From positions 32,001 to 96,000 of the forward strand of contig JBGAIQ010000005.1 in NCBI GenBank assembly GCA_044225365.1: DNA of 64,000 bases, in the 5' to 3' direction. This DNA is from Planctomycetota bacterium. GTDB lineage: Bacteria; Planctomycetota; B15-G4; JADJEK01. Position numbers and translations under genes: made by a program. Shown here in pieces: positions 27,024 to 37,006 of this stretch; the first letter of the stretch is position 1, and every line of letters begins with the position of its first letter. The notes below the pieces were generated by a model. The model worked only from the letters and a program-made list of their open reading frames with translations. It did no database searches and was not told the DNA's origin.

Positions 27024-29363
27024 TCATTCCTGCGGATACACGATCACTCGGTCGTGGACGATGATCGCCACGTCCGGCTTGCCGTCGCCCGTGCAGTCCG
27101 CGACGACGACCTCGCGCGGCTCGCGACCGCCGCGCTCCACCTCGAAGATCCGCGTCTCGAAGATCGTGAAACGAATCGCGTACTCGAGACTGTCCTTTCG
27201 GATCGCAGCGAACAGGAGTTGATGATCGACGGTCTCGCTGATCGCGACGTCGGCATTCTTGTCGCCATTCACGTCCCCCACCGCGAGGCGATCGGGAAAC
27301 GCGTTCTTCAGCGGGAGATCGAAGTCCGCGACGACGGAGAAGCCCGCGTCGCTCGCTCCGTTCTTCACGACGGCGAGGCGATCGGCCGCGCCGACGACGA
27401 TGTCCTGACGACCGTCGCCATCGAGATCGGCGCCCGCGATCATCGCGGGCGCGACGCCTGCGAGATCGACCTTGGCCTTGCGCACGGTCTGGTCGGCGTC
27501 GACCGCCCAGACCTCGAGATGCGCGCCGGTCTTGTTCGAGACCAGGAGCTCGTTCTTGCCGTCCCCATCGAGATCGAGCAATGTGACGCGATCGACCTGC
27601 GCCGCGGGATCGTCGAGATTCAACTGCAACACCGTCTGCGGCTTGCCATCGGCGTCGAGGTAGATCGCGCGGGCGAAGTTGCCCTTCGGAACGATCAGCT
27701 CGTTCTTGCCGTCTCCGTCGGCGTCTCCGAACGTGAGTTGCGTACGCTCGAGCCCGTTCAAGATGCCGAGGCCGCGTTCCTCGAGTTTGACGTCCGCGTA
27801 CTTGCCGTCCGCCGTCGCGAGCAGGAGTCGTGGAAGACTGCGCGGGAAGAACAGGAGCGCGTCGCGCTTGCCGTCGCGATTCACGTCGATGAGCCAGAGA
27901 TCGGCCGGATCCTTCGGCAACTTGCCGAGATCGAACGTCGACCGCACCGCACCCTTCTCGTCGAGCGCGACGAGCGCGCCCTTCCGGTCCGAGCCCTTTC
28001 CGGACGCGGACACGATCACGATCTCGGCCTTCTTGTCGCCGTCGAGATCCGCGGCGTCGAGTGCGACGACGTCGCCGCCGTCCGGGATCGGTAGTGCGTT
28101 GGGGAACGCGATCCCCGACTTCGGGTCGACCTTTGCGACGCCGATCACGCGTTCGGCGGCCGAGGCCACCACGAGTTCGAGTCTGCCGTCGCCGTCGACG
28201 TCTGCGAGACGCGGCTTGGCGACGCCGGAGAACGACGCCGCGATCTCGGGCGCGATGCTGCCGCCGAGGAGATCGCGATACAACACGACCTGCGCCGCGC
28301 TCGGCTCGACGACGAGCAATTCGGACTTGTGATCGCCGTCGATGTCGCCGAAGACGAACTCGCGCTGATCCGCGTCCTTGATCGCTTGGAACGCGACCGA
28401 GCGCAGTTGCGATAGCGGCCCGTTGTCCGTCGTCTCGTCCTTCTTGTATCGCAGCAGCGCGAGGCGGCCGCTCTTGCTGCGGATCGCGACCGCTTCGGCG
28501 CCGGGCTCGTTGTCGAAATCGCCGACGACGAGCGCGCGGATCTCCGCGAAGCGCGAGGCGAGCTCGGGACCGAACGTCGCGCCGCCCTTGCCGAGCCGGA
28601 AGCGGATGGGCCACTCCGAATTGCCGACTGCGTAGGTGAGGTCGAGCTTGCCGTCGCCGTCGACGTCGAGGAGGTTCAACTGATCGGCGCCGCGAGTGGC
28701 GTTCGGCAAGCGCTTGCCCTCACCGAAACGACCGCCCTTGTCGGCACCGCTCGAGAGGAACAGATAGGTGTCATCGACACCGAGCACGACGAGATCGAGC
28801 TTGCCGTCACCGTCGAGATCTCCCGACTTCAACGCGCTGTTGACGCCGCTCGCCTTCGTCACGTCGAGCCGCTGGACGAGCGAGTAGTCGGCGTGGTCGC
28901 CGCGCTTCTCGATCGTGACCTTCCCGGAATCACCGAGGTAGATCAACTCGGGCTTCTTGTCGCCGTCGAGATCGGCGAACGCGATCGCGGAGACCTTCTC
29001 CTCGACCGGCACGCTCTCGCGCACGAACGTGGTCTCGTCCGGGAGATCGTTCATCCGCTCGCGGCCTTCGCCCTTCTTGCCGTCGGTGGCCTTCTCGCCG
29101 GCCTTGGGCCGGCGCAGCAGTTCGATGCGTGCGCGCCCGTTGTTGACGAGAGCGAGGTCGCCCAGGCCGTCGCCGTCCACGTCGGCCGCGACGAGATCGC
29201 TGATCCCTTCACCGATCTTGGAGACGAGCAGCCCCTTCCACCCATAGTCGCCGGCGATCTTGCTGATCGTGTCCGAAGTCGTGTCGGTGTCGCCCGGCGC
29301 GACAGCCGGGGTGCAGGGAACGAACGCGAGCAGCACGGAAGCAATCGACGAAACCATCCGCAA
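27024..29363 (-). CDS. Secreted FG-GAP/VCBS repeat protein
   Basis: Signal peptide; repeated DVDGDG, DLDGDK, DVNRDG; start TTG 29363 or ATG 29357. Confidence 0.87.
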   Translation of the reverse strand: MRMVSSIASVLLAFVPCTPAVAPGDTDTTSDTISKIAGDYGWKGLLVSKIGEGISDLVAADVDGDGLGDLALVNNGRARIELLRRPKAGEKATDGKKGEGRERMNDLPDETTFVRESVPVEEKVSAIAFADLDGDKKPELIYLGDSGKVTIEKRGDHADYSLVQRLDVTKASGVNSALKSGDLDGDGKLDLVVLGVDDTYLFLSSGADKGGRFGEGKRLPNATRGADQLNLLDVDGDGKLDLTYAVGNSEWPIRFRLGKGGATFGPELASRFAEIRALVVGDFDNEPGAEAVAIRSKSGRLALLRYKKDETTDNGPLSQLRSVAFQAIKDADQREFVFGDIDGDHKSELLVVEPSAAQVVLYRDLLGGSIAPEIAASFSGVAKPRLADVDGDGRLELVVASAAERVIGVAKVDPKSGIAFPNALPIPDGGDVVALDAADLDGDKKAEIVIVSASGKGSDRKGALVALDEKGAVRSTFDLGKLPKDPADLWLIDVNRDGKRDALLFFPRSLPRLLLATADGKYADVKLEERGLGILNGLERTQLTFGDADGDGKNELIVPKGNFARAIYLDADGKPQTVLQLNLDDPAAQVDRVTLLDLDGDGKNELLVSNKTGAHLEVWAVDADQTVRKAKVDLAGVAPAMIAGADLDGDGRQDIVVGAADRLAVVKNGASDAGFSVVADFDLPLKNAFPDRLAVGDVNGDKNADVAISETVDHQLLFAAIRKDSLEYAIRFTIFETRIFEVERGGREPREVVVADCTGDGKPDVAIIVHDRVIVYPQE

Positions 29364-29487
29364 AGCCTCTCGAACGATGACGCGGGAATCGAGCGAGTCT
29401 ACGGGAGGACTTCCGGGCAGGAAAGCATGGAGACTCGCCCAGATTCACACGGCGGGCGGCGACGGGATCGGCTTCGGGGGAGCCGGG

Positions 29488-31053
29488 TCAGAGGCAGCGC
29501 AGGTAGGCGGTGAGAGCTTTCTTGTCCGGCGCCGAGAGTTTCAGCGAGAGCGTCAGGTTGAAGAATTCGACCGTGTCCTCGAGCGTCAGGCAGCGGCCGT
29601 CGTGCAGGTACGGCGGGCTGTCCTTGATCCCTCGCAGGGTGAACGTCTTGATCGGACCATCGCCCGCCTCGTTGGCGACGAATCGCTCGAAGTGCAGGTT
29701 GTGCATCTGCTGATCGAGGTAGTAGGGCGCGGGATGACACGTCGCGCAACCTGCGGCGCCGAAGAACAGCTCCGATCCGCGCTTCTCCTCGGGCGTGGCT
29801 TTCGAAAGATCGAGTCGTCCGGTGATCGGATCGAGCTTCGGCGCGGGCGGGAAGTCGAGCATGTTCTGGAATTGCGCCATGTGGCTCACTTGAACGCGAT
29901 CGAGGAAGTTCATGCCCTTCTTGATCGCGTGGATCTCGTCGCCGTTGAAGTACGCGGAGCGCTGCTCGAACTCCGTGAAGTCCTCGACCGATCGCAGACT
30001 CCGCTTGCTGCCGTGGATCTGCTGCTCGCCGACGCCGCGCAGGCTCACGGTGTCGAGACGGAATCGCCGCTCCTGCGGCCGCAGATCGGGGGAGAGATGG
30101 AACTGTCCCGTGGTGTGACCGTTCACGTGGCAGTCGAAGCAGGTCACGCCGAGGCTCGGCTCCGCCGTCTTTCGATCGTCGGTCGGGTTGAACTCCTCCT
30201 GGGAGAACGGAGTCACGAGCAGTCGCAGACCATCGAGCTGGACCGGAGTGAGAACGCTCTTGAACAGCGAGTAGTAGTTGTTGATCGACACGACCTGGCC
30301 GCGCGACACGTCGCCGAGCTCCGGGCGATTGACGAGGAAGATCGCGGGCGGGAATTCGGGGAGGAAGGCCTCGTGGAGATCGAAATCGACGTCGAACCGC
30401 TGCAGGCGAGGGAACATCTCGAGCTGCATCTTGGGAAACACCTGCCCGCCGTTCACCTGCAGTGGATGCGGGAGCGCGGGGTACGGGAACACGCCGCTCT
30501 TACGGACGTCGTCGGCCGACATCGCGGCGAGCGCTTCCCAGGTCGTGCCCGCCGCGAGACGCGCGGTCGGCCCCACGTTCACGGGCTTGCCGCGCGACAT
30601 CGTGACCGCAGGATCGGGATGCGGCGTGAGGTCGTAGCGCGCCGCCAGCAACGCCGCCTGTTCCGACATCACCCGCGGCTTCGCATTGGATTCCTTCGCC
30701 ATGATGTCCTCGAACTTCGCGCCGGGCTTGTCGGCGTTGAGGGGATCGCGCACGAAATCGAATCCGGTGATCCGGCCGCCGTTCGGTTGCTTGGTCACGG
30801 CGGCCGAGACGACCATGGGCTCCGCGCCGTCCAGCAGCGGAGACTTGTCGTGCTCGGTGAGGTTCTGTTCCGGTCGCTGCGCCGCGGGCTTCGCGGGAGT
30901 CTGGGCGGCTGCGATCGCATCGAAGGTCGTCGATCGGGTCGGGCTCGCGAGCGCGATCGCGGATCCCAGTAGAGCGAGAGATCCCGAGCGGAAGATGCGA
31001 TGCGTGCCGCTTCGGGCATGGTGATGGAAGGCGTGGGCGAAGCGAACGAACAT
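29488..31053 (-). CDS. Di-heme cytochrome c, bCcP/MauG-superfamily-like
   Basis: GAGGAG RBS before ATG 31053; CFDCH and CATCH; RGSELFFG, TLRGIKDSPPYLHDG, LTLEDTV, LTAYL. Confidence 0.82.
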   Translation of the reverse strand: MFVRFAHAFHHHARSGTHRIFRSGSLALLGSAIALASPTRSTTFDAIAAAQTPAKPAAQRPEQNLTEHDKSPLLDGAEPMVVSAAVTKQPNGGRITGFDFVRDPLNADKPGAKFEDIMAKESNAKPRVMSEQAALLAARYDLTPHPDPAVTMSRGKPVNVGPTARLAAGTTWEALAAMSADDVRKSGVFPYPALPHPLQVNGGQVFPKMQLEMFPRLQRFDVDFDLHEAFLPEFPPAIFLVNRPELGDVSRGQVVSINNYYSLFKSVLTPVQLDGLRLLVTPFSQEEFNPTDDRKTAEPSLGVTCFDCHVNGHTTGQFHLSPDLRPQERRFRLDTVSLRGVGEQQIHGSKRSLRSVEDFTEFEQRSAYFNGDEIHAIKKGMNFLDRVQVSHMAQFQNMLDFPPAPKLDPITGRLDLSKATPEEKRGSELFFGAAGCATCHPAPYYLDQQMHNLHFERFVANEAGDGPIKTFTLRGIKDSPPYLHDGRCLTLEDTVEFFNLTLSLKLSAPDKKALTAYLRCL

Positions 31054-31096
31054 GGAACTCTCCTCGAGCACCGATGGGATGGCGGAGCGAGGATTC

Positions 31097-31112
31097 AGCA
31101 AACGCGGAGCCG
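31097..31112 (-). promoter_or_regulatory. Putative sigma54 -24/-12 promoter for the di-heme gene
   Basis: Minus strand CGGCTCCGCGTTTGCT: GG-N10-GC with TTGC, about 45 nt upstream of the ATG. Confidence 0.5.
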
Positions 31113-31362
31113 CGTGTGCGGCCACCGGCACGGCCGGCTCCCTCGCCATGCATGAACGGCGGAAGAACGGCGCGCCGCACATGCCTCGTCGAGCGCGCGA
31201 CCGTGGGCGCGAGCTGCGGGCCGAGCGGGAAGATTGAAGAAAACGCATCCGACGACCAGCCCATGCCGCTCGCGGATCGACGAATCGAGAGCGGGATCGC
31301 GCTCGATTCGCCCCCTCATCGAATGGGTGGCGACTCCCATGCGCTTGTGATCGCACGTCGCG

Positions 31363-31378
31363 CGGCACGGCTTCTGCT
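31363..31378 (+). promoter_or_regulatory. Putative sigma54 -24/-12 promoter for the DUF748 operon
   Basis: CGGCACGGCTTCTGCT: GGCACG and GG-N10-GC spacing, 14 nt before GTG 31393. Confidence 0.5.
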
Positions 31379-31392
31379 GGCCTCGCCCGCTC

Positions 31393-32490
31393 GTGAGACG
31401 ATTCCTCCCATCCCGGTTCGGCAAGATCGTCCTCGTGCTCGCGGTGCTCCTCGCGGCGTGCCGGGTGGCGCTACCGTTCGTGGTGCGCGGATACGTGGTG
31501 CGCACTCTCAACGCCGGCGGCGAGTACGACGCGTCGATCCGCGACCTCGACATCTCGCTATGGCGAGGCGCGTACTCGATCGAGGGGATCACGATCGACA
31601 AGCGGGACAAGCAGGGTCGAACCCCATTCCTCTACATCGAGCGGCTCGAGATCGCGCTCGACGGACGGTCGCTGCTCCATGGCCGCATCCTGGCGGCGAC
31701 CCGCCTCGAGTCTCCGGTCGTGAACTTCGAGATCGCGAAGGAGACTCGCGAGACGCAGGTGGGAACGGGCGTGGCGTGGCAGGATCGGCTCGCGGACCTC
31801 GCGCCGGTCGACATCCAGCGGTTCGTCGTCGCCGGCGGCTTCGTGCACTTCCTCGACGCCACCCGAGATCCCAAGATCGACGTGTTCGCGATGGCGATCG
31901 CCGTCGAGGCGAAGAACCTCAAGAATCGCTCGGAGTATGGCGCCTCGGATCCCGCGACCTTGCACGTCAGCGCGCGCACGGTCGGGAACGGCGAAGTGCG
32001 CGGCTCGATGCGCTGGGATCCCCTCGCGACGCCCCCGCGCTTCGATCTCGATCTCGCGATCGAGCAGCTCGATCTCACGCGGCTCAACGATCTGTTCCGG
32101 GCGCTCGGCGACTTCGACTTCGAGAAGGGCCGCGCCGATGTCTACGTGGAACTCGCCGCCGACCGCGGGCGCATCCACGGCTACGTGAAACCGCTGCTGC
32201 ACGATCTCGACGTCCTCGACTGGAAGCACGAGGAGAAGGGCGAGGGAGTGACGGGCAAGTTGTGGGAAGGCGTCGTCGGCGGACTGTCGCAGATCTTCAA
32301 GAATCAGCCGCGCGATCGCCTCGGGGCCCGCATCTTCGTCGAAGGGGACATCTCGGATCCGCGCATCGGCGTCTTCGAGATCGTCCTCAGCGTCTTGCGC
32401 AATGCATTCGTGCGCGCGCTCTCGCCCGGCATCGACGACGAGATCGGTTCCGCCTCCGACCCCGTCTCGATCGCGGAGCAACTGCGATGA
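31393..32490 (+). CDS. DUF748/AsmA-like domain protein
   Basis: N-terminal anchor, IRDLDISLWRGAYSI, DFEKG, GYVKPL, IFKNQPRD, LRNAFV. Confidence 0.8.
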   Translation: MRRFLPSRFGKIVLVLAVLLAACRVALPFVVRGYVVRTLNAGGEYDASIRDLDISLWRGAYSIEGITIDKRDKQGRTPFLYIERLEIALDGRSLLHGRILAATRLESPVVNFEIAKETRETQVGTGVAWQDRLADLAPVDIQRFVVAGGFVHFLDATRDPKIDVFAMAIAVEAKNLKNRSEYGASDPATLHVSARTVGNGEVRGSMRWDPLATPPRFDLDLAIEQLDLTRLNDLFRALGDFDFEKGRADVYVELAADRGRIHGYVKPLLHDLDVLDWKHEEKGEGVTGKLWEGVVGGLSQIFKNQPRDRLGARIFVEGDISDPRIGVFEIVLSVLRNAFVRALSPGIDDEIGSASDPVSIAEQLR

Positions 32491-33518
32491 GTCGGACGAT
32501 CGCGCGCGTCGCGAGTTCCTCCCGAGCCGACTGGATCCTCGCGATCTCGGCGGCGTGGGCCTGCACGAGCTGCGCGGCGCTGCTCGGTGAAGACCCCGCG
32601 CCCAAGCTCGTCGATCCCGATCTCCCCGCCAAGGAGCGTCACGCGGAGGATGTCGGCGCCGAAACGGGGGCCGAGAACGCCGCTGCCACCGAGGCGCTGT
32701 CCGAAGTGCTCTCCACCTTCGTGGACGCCGACGGAAACATCTCGTACGTGGCGCTGCGCACGCATCGGCAGATGCTCGACCGCTATCTCGATTCGCTGGT
32801 GCGGGTGCCGGCCGATCGCTTCGCGACCTGGAGCCGCAACGACCAGCTCGCGTTCTGGATCAACGCCTACAACGGATTCGTCATCGACACGATGATCCGC
32901 CATCACCCGATCTCGCGGTCGGGCTGGCTGAAAGGGCTGGGGTATCCGAGCGACAGCATCCAGCAGATCGATGGCGTGTTCGCGACGGAGAAGCACGCCG
33001 TCCTCGACCGTCATCTCTCGCTGGACGAGATCCGCGACGGCATCCTGCGGAAGGACTTCCGCGATCCGCGGATCCTCTTCGCACTCGTCAACGGCGCGCG
33101 CTCGAGCCCGCCCTTGCGTCAGCAGCCGTACGCCGGCTCGCGCCTCGATGCGGAGCTCGCGCGACAGATCGAGCGATTCCTCTCTGATCCGACGCGGGGC
33201 GTCGCGGTCGACCAGTACGGGCGCGTGATCCGCATCTCCAAGATCTTCGACTGGTACGCCGGCGATTTCCGTGACGGCTACTCGACGGAGCGCTTCGTCG
33301 CTCGCGCGGCCGAGCTGCGGCCGGCGCTCGAGTTCATGGCGACGTACGGCGACGCGAGACTCGTCGAGGCCTTCGAAGGGAAGACCTACGACGTGAAGTT
33401 CATGGACTTCGACTGGGCGCAGAATCGCTCGGTCCCGGTCGACGACGACCGATCGTTCGATCTCGACGCGATGACCGGGCGCGAAAAGGACGCAGTGAAG
33501 AAGGACGAACCCCGATGA
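32487..33518 (+). CDS. DUF547 domain protein
   Basis: ATGA overlap at 32487; QLAFWINAYN, LSLDEI, DPRILFAL, ISKIFDWYAGDF. Confidence 0.85.
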   Translation: MSRTIARVASSSRADWILAISAAWACTSCAALLGEDPAPKLVDPDLPAKERHAEDVGAETGAENAAATEALSEVLSTFVDADGNISYVALRTHRQMLDRYLDSLVRVPADRFATWSRNDQLAFWINAYNGFVIDTMIRHHPISRSGWLKGLGYPSDSIQQIDGVFATEKHAVLDRHLSLDEIRDGILRKDFRDPRILFALVNGARSSPPLRQQPYAGSRLDAELARQIERFLSDPTRGVAVDQYGRVIRISKIFDWYAGDFRDGYSTERFVARAAELRPALEFMATYGDARLVEAFEGKTYDVKFMDFDWAQNRSVPVDDDRSFDLDAMTGREKDAVKKDEPR

Positions 33519-35065
33519 GGACTCCCACACATCCGCACTCGAGCATTCCGGGTCCGCGATCTCCCGCGAGATCGCGGCGCCTGCGAGCCATCGACGTCGC
33601 GCCGCCCGCCATCGTCATGATGATGGCGGGTTGCTCGGCCGGCGTCGGCGGCGGCGGTCAGACCGAATTCGAGCCGCCGCGAACCATCACGCTCTCCGAC
33701 ATCGCGGTTCCCTACGGGTTCACGATCGAGCTGGTCGCGTCGGGTTTGGAATGCCCGACCGGCGTGACCTTCGACGACAAGGGATTCCCCTGTATCGTGG
33801 AGTCGGGCTATCGCGGCAAAGCTCCCCCGGCCGCACCCCGATTGCTGCGCATCGCCGACGACGGATCGAGCACCGTTCTCGCGGTGGGCTCTCCGGAGAG
33901 TGCACCGTGGAACGGCGTCGCTCACGCGGAGGAGTCGTTCTACGTCGCGGCGGGCGGCCAGGAGCGCGGGAGCATCCTGCGCATCGATGCCGCCGGCAAG
34001 ATCGAAACTCTCGTCGCGGATCTGCCGAGCGCCGGCGACCACAAGACGAACGGTCCCGTCGTCGGGAAGGACGGCTCGCTCTACTTCGGCCAGGGAACGG
34101 CCACGAATGCCGGGGTCGTCGGCGAGGATTCGGAGGCGTTCGGCTGGCTCATGCAGCACCCGGACACCTGCGACATCCCGGCGAAGGACATCGTCCTCTC
34201 GGGAGTGAACTTCCAGTGCGACGACGTCCTCTTGCGAAAAGGCACCGCGATCACGGGCGCCTTCCTGCCGTTCGGGACGCCCTCGCACGAGGGCCAGATC
34301 ATCCACGGCCAACTGCCGTGCAACGGCGCGATCTTCAGGCTGCCGAACGTCGCCGCCAGGACGGCGAACTCGGACGCCGAGAAACCCGTCGCGCTGGAGC
34401 TCGTGGCGTGGGGATTCCGCAACCCGTATGCACTCTGCATCGCACCGGATGGCGCGCTGTACGCGATCGACAACGGCTACGACATGCGCGGCAGTCGCCG
34501 GGTGTTCGGAAGCGGCGAGGCGGTCTATCACGTCGAGGCGGATCGCTGGTACGGCTGGCCGGATTTCGATTGCGGGATGCCGCTCACGGACGATCGGTAT
34601 GGCGAGTCCGAGGCCGAGAAGCCGCTCGCCTTCCTGCTGAAGGACCATCCCGAGAACCCGCCCGGACCCTTGGCCGTGCTGCCGGTACATTCTTCCGCGG
34701 ACGGCATCGACATCTCGCGCAGCGAGACCTTCGGATTCGCGGGTCAGGCCTTCATCGCGGAGTTCGGCGACCAGGCGCCCGCGATCGGAACGGTGGCGGC
34801 GCCCGTCGGCTTCAGGGTGGTGCGAGTCGATCTCGCCACGGGGAGCGCGACGGACTTCGCGGTGAATCACGGCGCGATCGGCGGCCCGGCATCGAAGTTC
34901 TCGAACCACGGGCTCGAGCGACCCATCGCACTGCGCTTCGATCCGATCGGAACGAGCCTCTACGTCGTCGACTTCGGAGTCGTCCTCGAGACGCAGGGCG
35001 GGACGAAGCCAATCGTGGGGACCGGCGCCTTGTTCCGCATCCGTCGCACGAGCACGCCGCGATGA
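33515..35065 (+). CDS. Glucose/sorbosone dehydrogenase-family beta-propeller (PQQ-type)
   Basis: GFTIELVASGL, DLPSAGDH, LYFGQGTATNAG, WGFRNPY, YGWPD, LERPIAL, LYVVDFG. Confidence 0.82.
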   Translation: MRTPTHPHSSIPGPRSPARSRRLRAIDVAPPAIVMMMAGCSAGVGGGGQTEFEPPRTITLSDIAVPYGFTIELVASGLECPTGVTFDDKGFPCIVESGYRGKAPPAAPRLLRIADDGSSTVLAVGSPESAPWNGVAHAEESFYVAAGGQERGSILRIDAAGKIETLVADLPSAGDHKTNGPVVGKDGSLYFGQGTATNAGVVGEDSEAFGWLMQHPDTCDIPAKDIVLSGVNFQCDDVLLRKGTAITGAFLPFGTPSHEGQIIHGQLPCNGAIFRLPNVAARTANSDAEKPVALELVAWGFRNPYALCIAPDGALYAIDNGYDMRGSRRVFGSGEAVYHVEADRWYGWPDFDCGMPLTDDRYGESEAEKPLAFLLKDHPENPPGPLAVLPVHSSADGIDISRSETFGFAGQAFIAEFGDQAPAIGTVAAPVGFRVVRVDLATGSATDFAVNHGAIGGPASKFSNHGLERPIALRFDPIGTSLYVVDFGVVLETQGGTKPIVGTGALFRIRRTSTPR

Positions 35066-35442
35066 AGCTCCCACCCACTCCCTTCGTCGGCGCGACCTTG
35101 CTGTGCGCTCTCGTCGCCTGCTCCGAGTCCGCGCGCTGGGCGCCTCCCCTCGGGCCTCCGCTCCGCGTCCAGCCGGGCGAAGGGGCGCAAGCGTTCGACG
35201 CCGCGCGCCGATCCTTCGAGATCCACTGCGATCGATGTCACCCGAACGGTGAGCCGGGCCTCGGCCCCTCGTTGAACGGGACCTCCCTGCCGGAGTGGCT
35301 CGTCCGCCTGCAGATCCGGCGTGGCTTCGGCCCCATGCCTGCGTTCGGCAACGAACTCGACGACGCCGAGATCGATCGCCTCGCATGGTACGTTCGACGC
35401 ATGCAGGCCCAATCGGTCCCGACGCGCGAGCGATTCAAGTGA
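35062..35442 (+). CDS. Monoheme cytochrome c (probable lipoprotein)
   Basis: ATGA overlap at 35062; LVAC lipobox, CDRCH, GPSL, GFGPMPAF (Met ligand). Confidence 0.85.
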   Translation: MKLPPTPFVGATLLCALVACSESARWAPPLGPPLRVQPGEGAQAFDAARRSFEIHCDRCHPNGEPGLGPSLNGTSLPEWLVRLQIRRGFGPMPAFGNELDDAEIDRLAWYVRRMQAQSVPTRERFK

Positions 35443-35500
35443 CGCGTCTTCCCTCGTTTCCAGTCGAGGGGCGAATCGCCAGCGAATACGAGCGCGGCGA

Positions 35501-35528
35501 TTGAGAACGGCGCGGGCCCGAATACAAT
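35501..35528 (+). promoter_or_regulatory. Putative sigma70 promoter
   Basis: TTGAGA-16 nt-TACAAT upstream of the protease-ribH-nusB-ftsY run. Confidence 0.5.
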
Positions 35529-35564
35529 CGATGCCGCCCACGTCCTCTCTCGCCGGAAATCCTC

Positions 35565-36539
35565 ATGCGCACTCGTCGACTCTGCTGCATCGCCTGCGCC
35601 GTCTTCCTCGGATTCGTCGCCGCCACTGTGCGTGCCGACGAAGTGAAGCTCAACGACGGCAAGGTCGTGAAGGGTGGAGTCCTGAAGGAGACGGACGACA
35701 AGGTCTGGATCGATCTCGGCTTCACGGTGCTCGAGGTGCCGAAGGCGAAGATCACCGAGCGCAAGAGCGACGATGCTGCCGCCGCCGCGACGGCGAGCGA
35801 AGGCAAGGAAGTGAAGAAGGACCTCTGGACCGAGTCGACCCAGCTCGAGCCCATCACGGTGGAGAAGGCGCTCCTGAAGTTCGGCGAAGGCGTGGTGATG
35901 GTGAAGGTGCCGAACGCCCTCGGTTCCGGTTTCATCATTCGCGAGGACGGTTACATCGTGACCAACTCGCACGTCGTCCAGGGCGAGATCGACGTCTCGG
36001 TGACGGTGTACAAGAAGGTCGAGGGCCGCCTCGAGCGCAAGAGCTACGACAAGGTGCAAATCGTCGCGGTGAATCCGTTCATCGACCTCGCCTTGCTCAA
36101 GATCGACGCGAAGGAACTCGGCGACACGAAGCTGACGAAGGTCTACTTCGGGCGCACCGAGGACGTGAAGCAAGGATCGCAGGTCTTCGCCGTCGGCGCG
36201 CCGCGCGGCCTCGACTTCACGCAGACGCAGGGCTCCGTGTCGAGCACGAATCGCGCGATGGACGGCAAGGTCTACATCCAGATCGATGCGCCGATCAATC
36301 CCGGCAACTCGGGTGGTCCTCTCTTCAACGAGAAGGGCGAAGTGATCGGCGTGAACTCGCTGAAGCTCGGCGCGTCCGAGGGGCTCAACTTCTCGATCCC
36401 GATCGACTACGTGAAGCACTTCATCGTCAACCGTGACGCCTTCGCGTTCGACCGCGACAATCCGAACACCGGCCATCGCTATCTCGCTCCGCCCACGAAG
36501 CAGAAGAAGGACGCGACGCCCGAAGGGAAATCGTCTTGA
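35565..36539 (+). CDS. Trypsin-like serine protease (S1C/HtrA-like, no PDZ)
   Basis: GSGFII, TNSHVV, DLALLKI, INPGNSGGPL triad motifs; signal peptide. Confidence 0.9.
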   Translation: MRTRRLCCIACAVFLGFVAATVRADEVKLNDGKVVKGGVLKETDDKVWIDLGFTVLEVPKAKITERKSDDAAAAATASEGKEVKKDLWTESTQLEPITVEKALLKFGEGVVMVKVPNALGSGFIIREDGYIVTNSHVVQGEIDVSVTVYKKVEGRLERKSYDKVQIVAVNPFIDLALLKIDAKELGDTKLTKVYFGRTEDVKQGSQVFAVGAPRGLDFTQTQGSVSSTNRAMDGKVYIQIDAPINPGNSGGPLFNEKGEVIGVNSLKLGASEGLNFSIPIDYVKHFIVNRDAFAFDRDNPNTGHRYLAPPTKQKKDATPEGKSS

Positions 36540-37003
36540 CGGCGCCTTCCGAATGGAGCGGGCAAGGACTTCGAATCGCAGTCCTCTTCTCGCGCTTCAA
36601 TTCCGAGATCACCGATCGATTGCTCGAAGGCGCGAAGCGTGAGCTTTCGCGCAGCGGAGTTACTCGCGATCGCACCTTGTTCGAATCCGTCCCGGGTGCG
36701 TTCGAGCTGCCGCTCGCCGCGAAGATCGCGGCGAAGAGCAAGCGATTCGACGCGGTCGTCGCACTCGGCTGCGTGATCCGGGGCGAGACGGATCACTATC
36801 GCCACGTCTGCGAAGGCGCGACGCGCGGCATCCTGCTCGCGAGCCTCGAGACCGAGACCCCGATCGCGTTCGGCGTTCTGACGACCGACAACGAATCCCA
36901 GGCCCTCGAGCGCTCGGGCAACGACCTCGACGACAACAAAGGTGCCGAAGCGGTTCGCGTCGCGATCGAGATGGTCCACAAGCTCCGTCGGCTCGGGAAC
37001 TGA
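36536..37003 (+). CDS. ribH: 6,7-dimethyl-8-ribityllumazine synthase
   Basis: SRFN, VPGAFELP, LGCVIRGETDH, FGVLTT, NKGAEA. Confidence 0.95.
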   Translation: MTAPSEWSGQGLRIAVLFSRFNSEITDRLLEGAKRELSRSGVTRDRTLFESVPGAFELPLAAKIAAKSKRFDAVVALGCVIRGETDHYRHVCEGATRGILLASLETETPIAFGVLTTDNESQALERSGNDLDDNKGAEAVRVAIEMVHKLRRLGN

Positions 37004-37006
37004 GAC

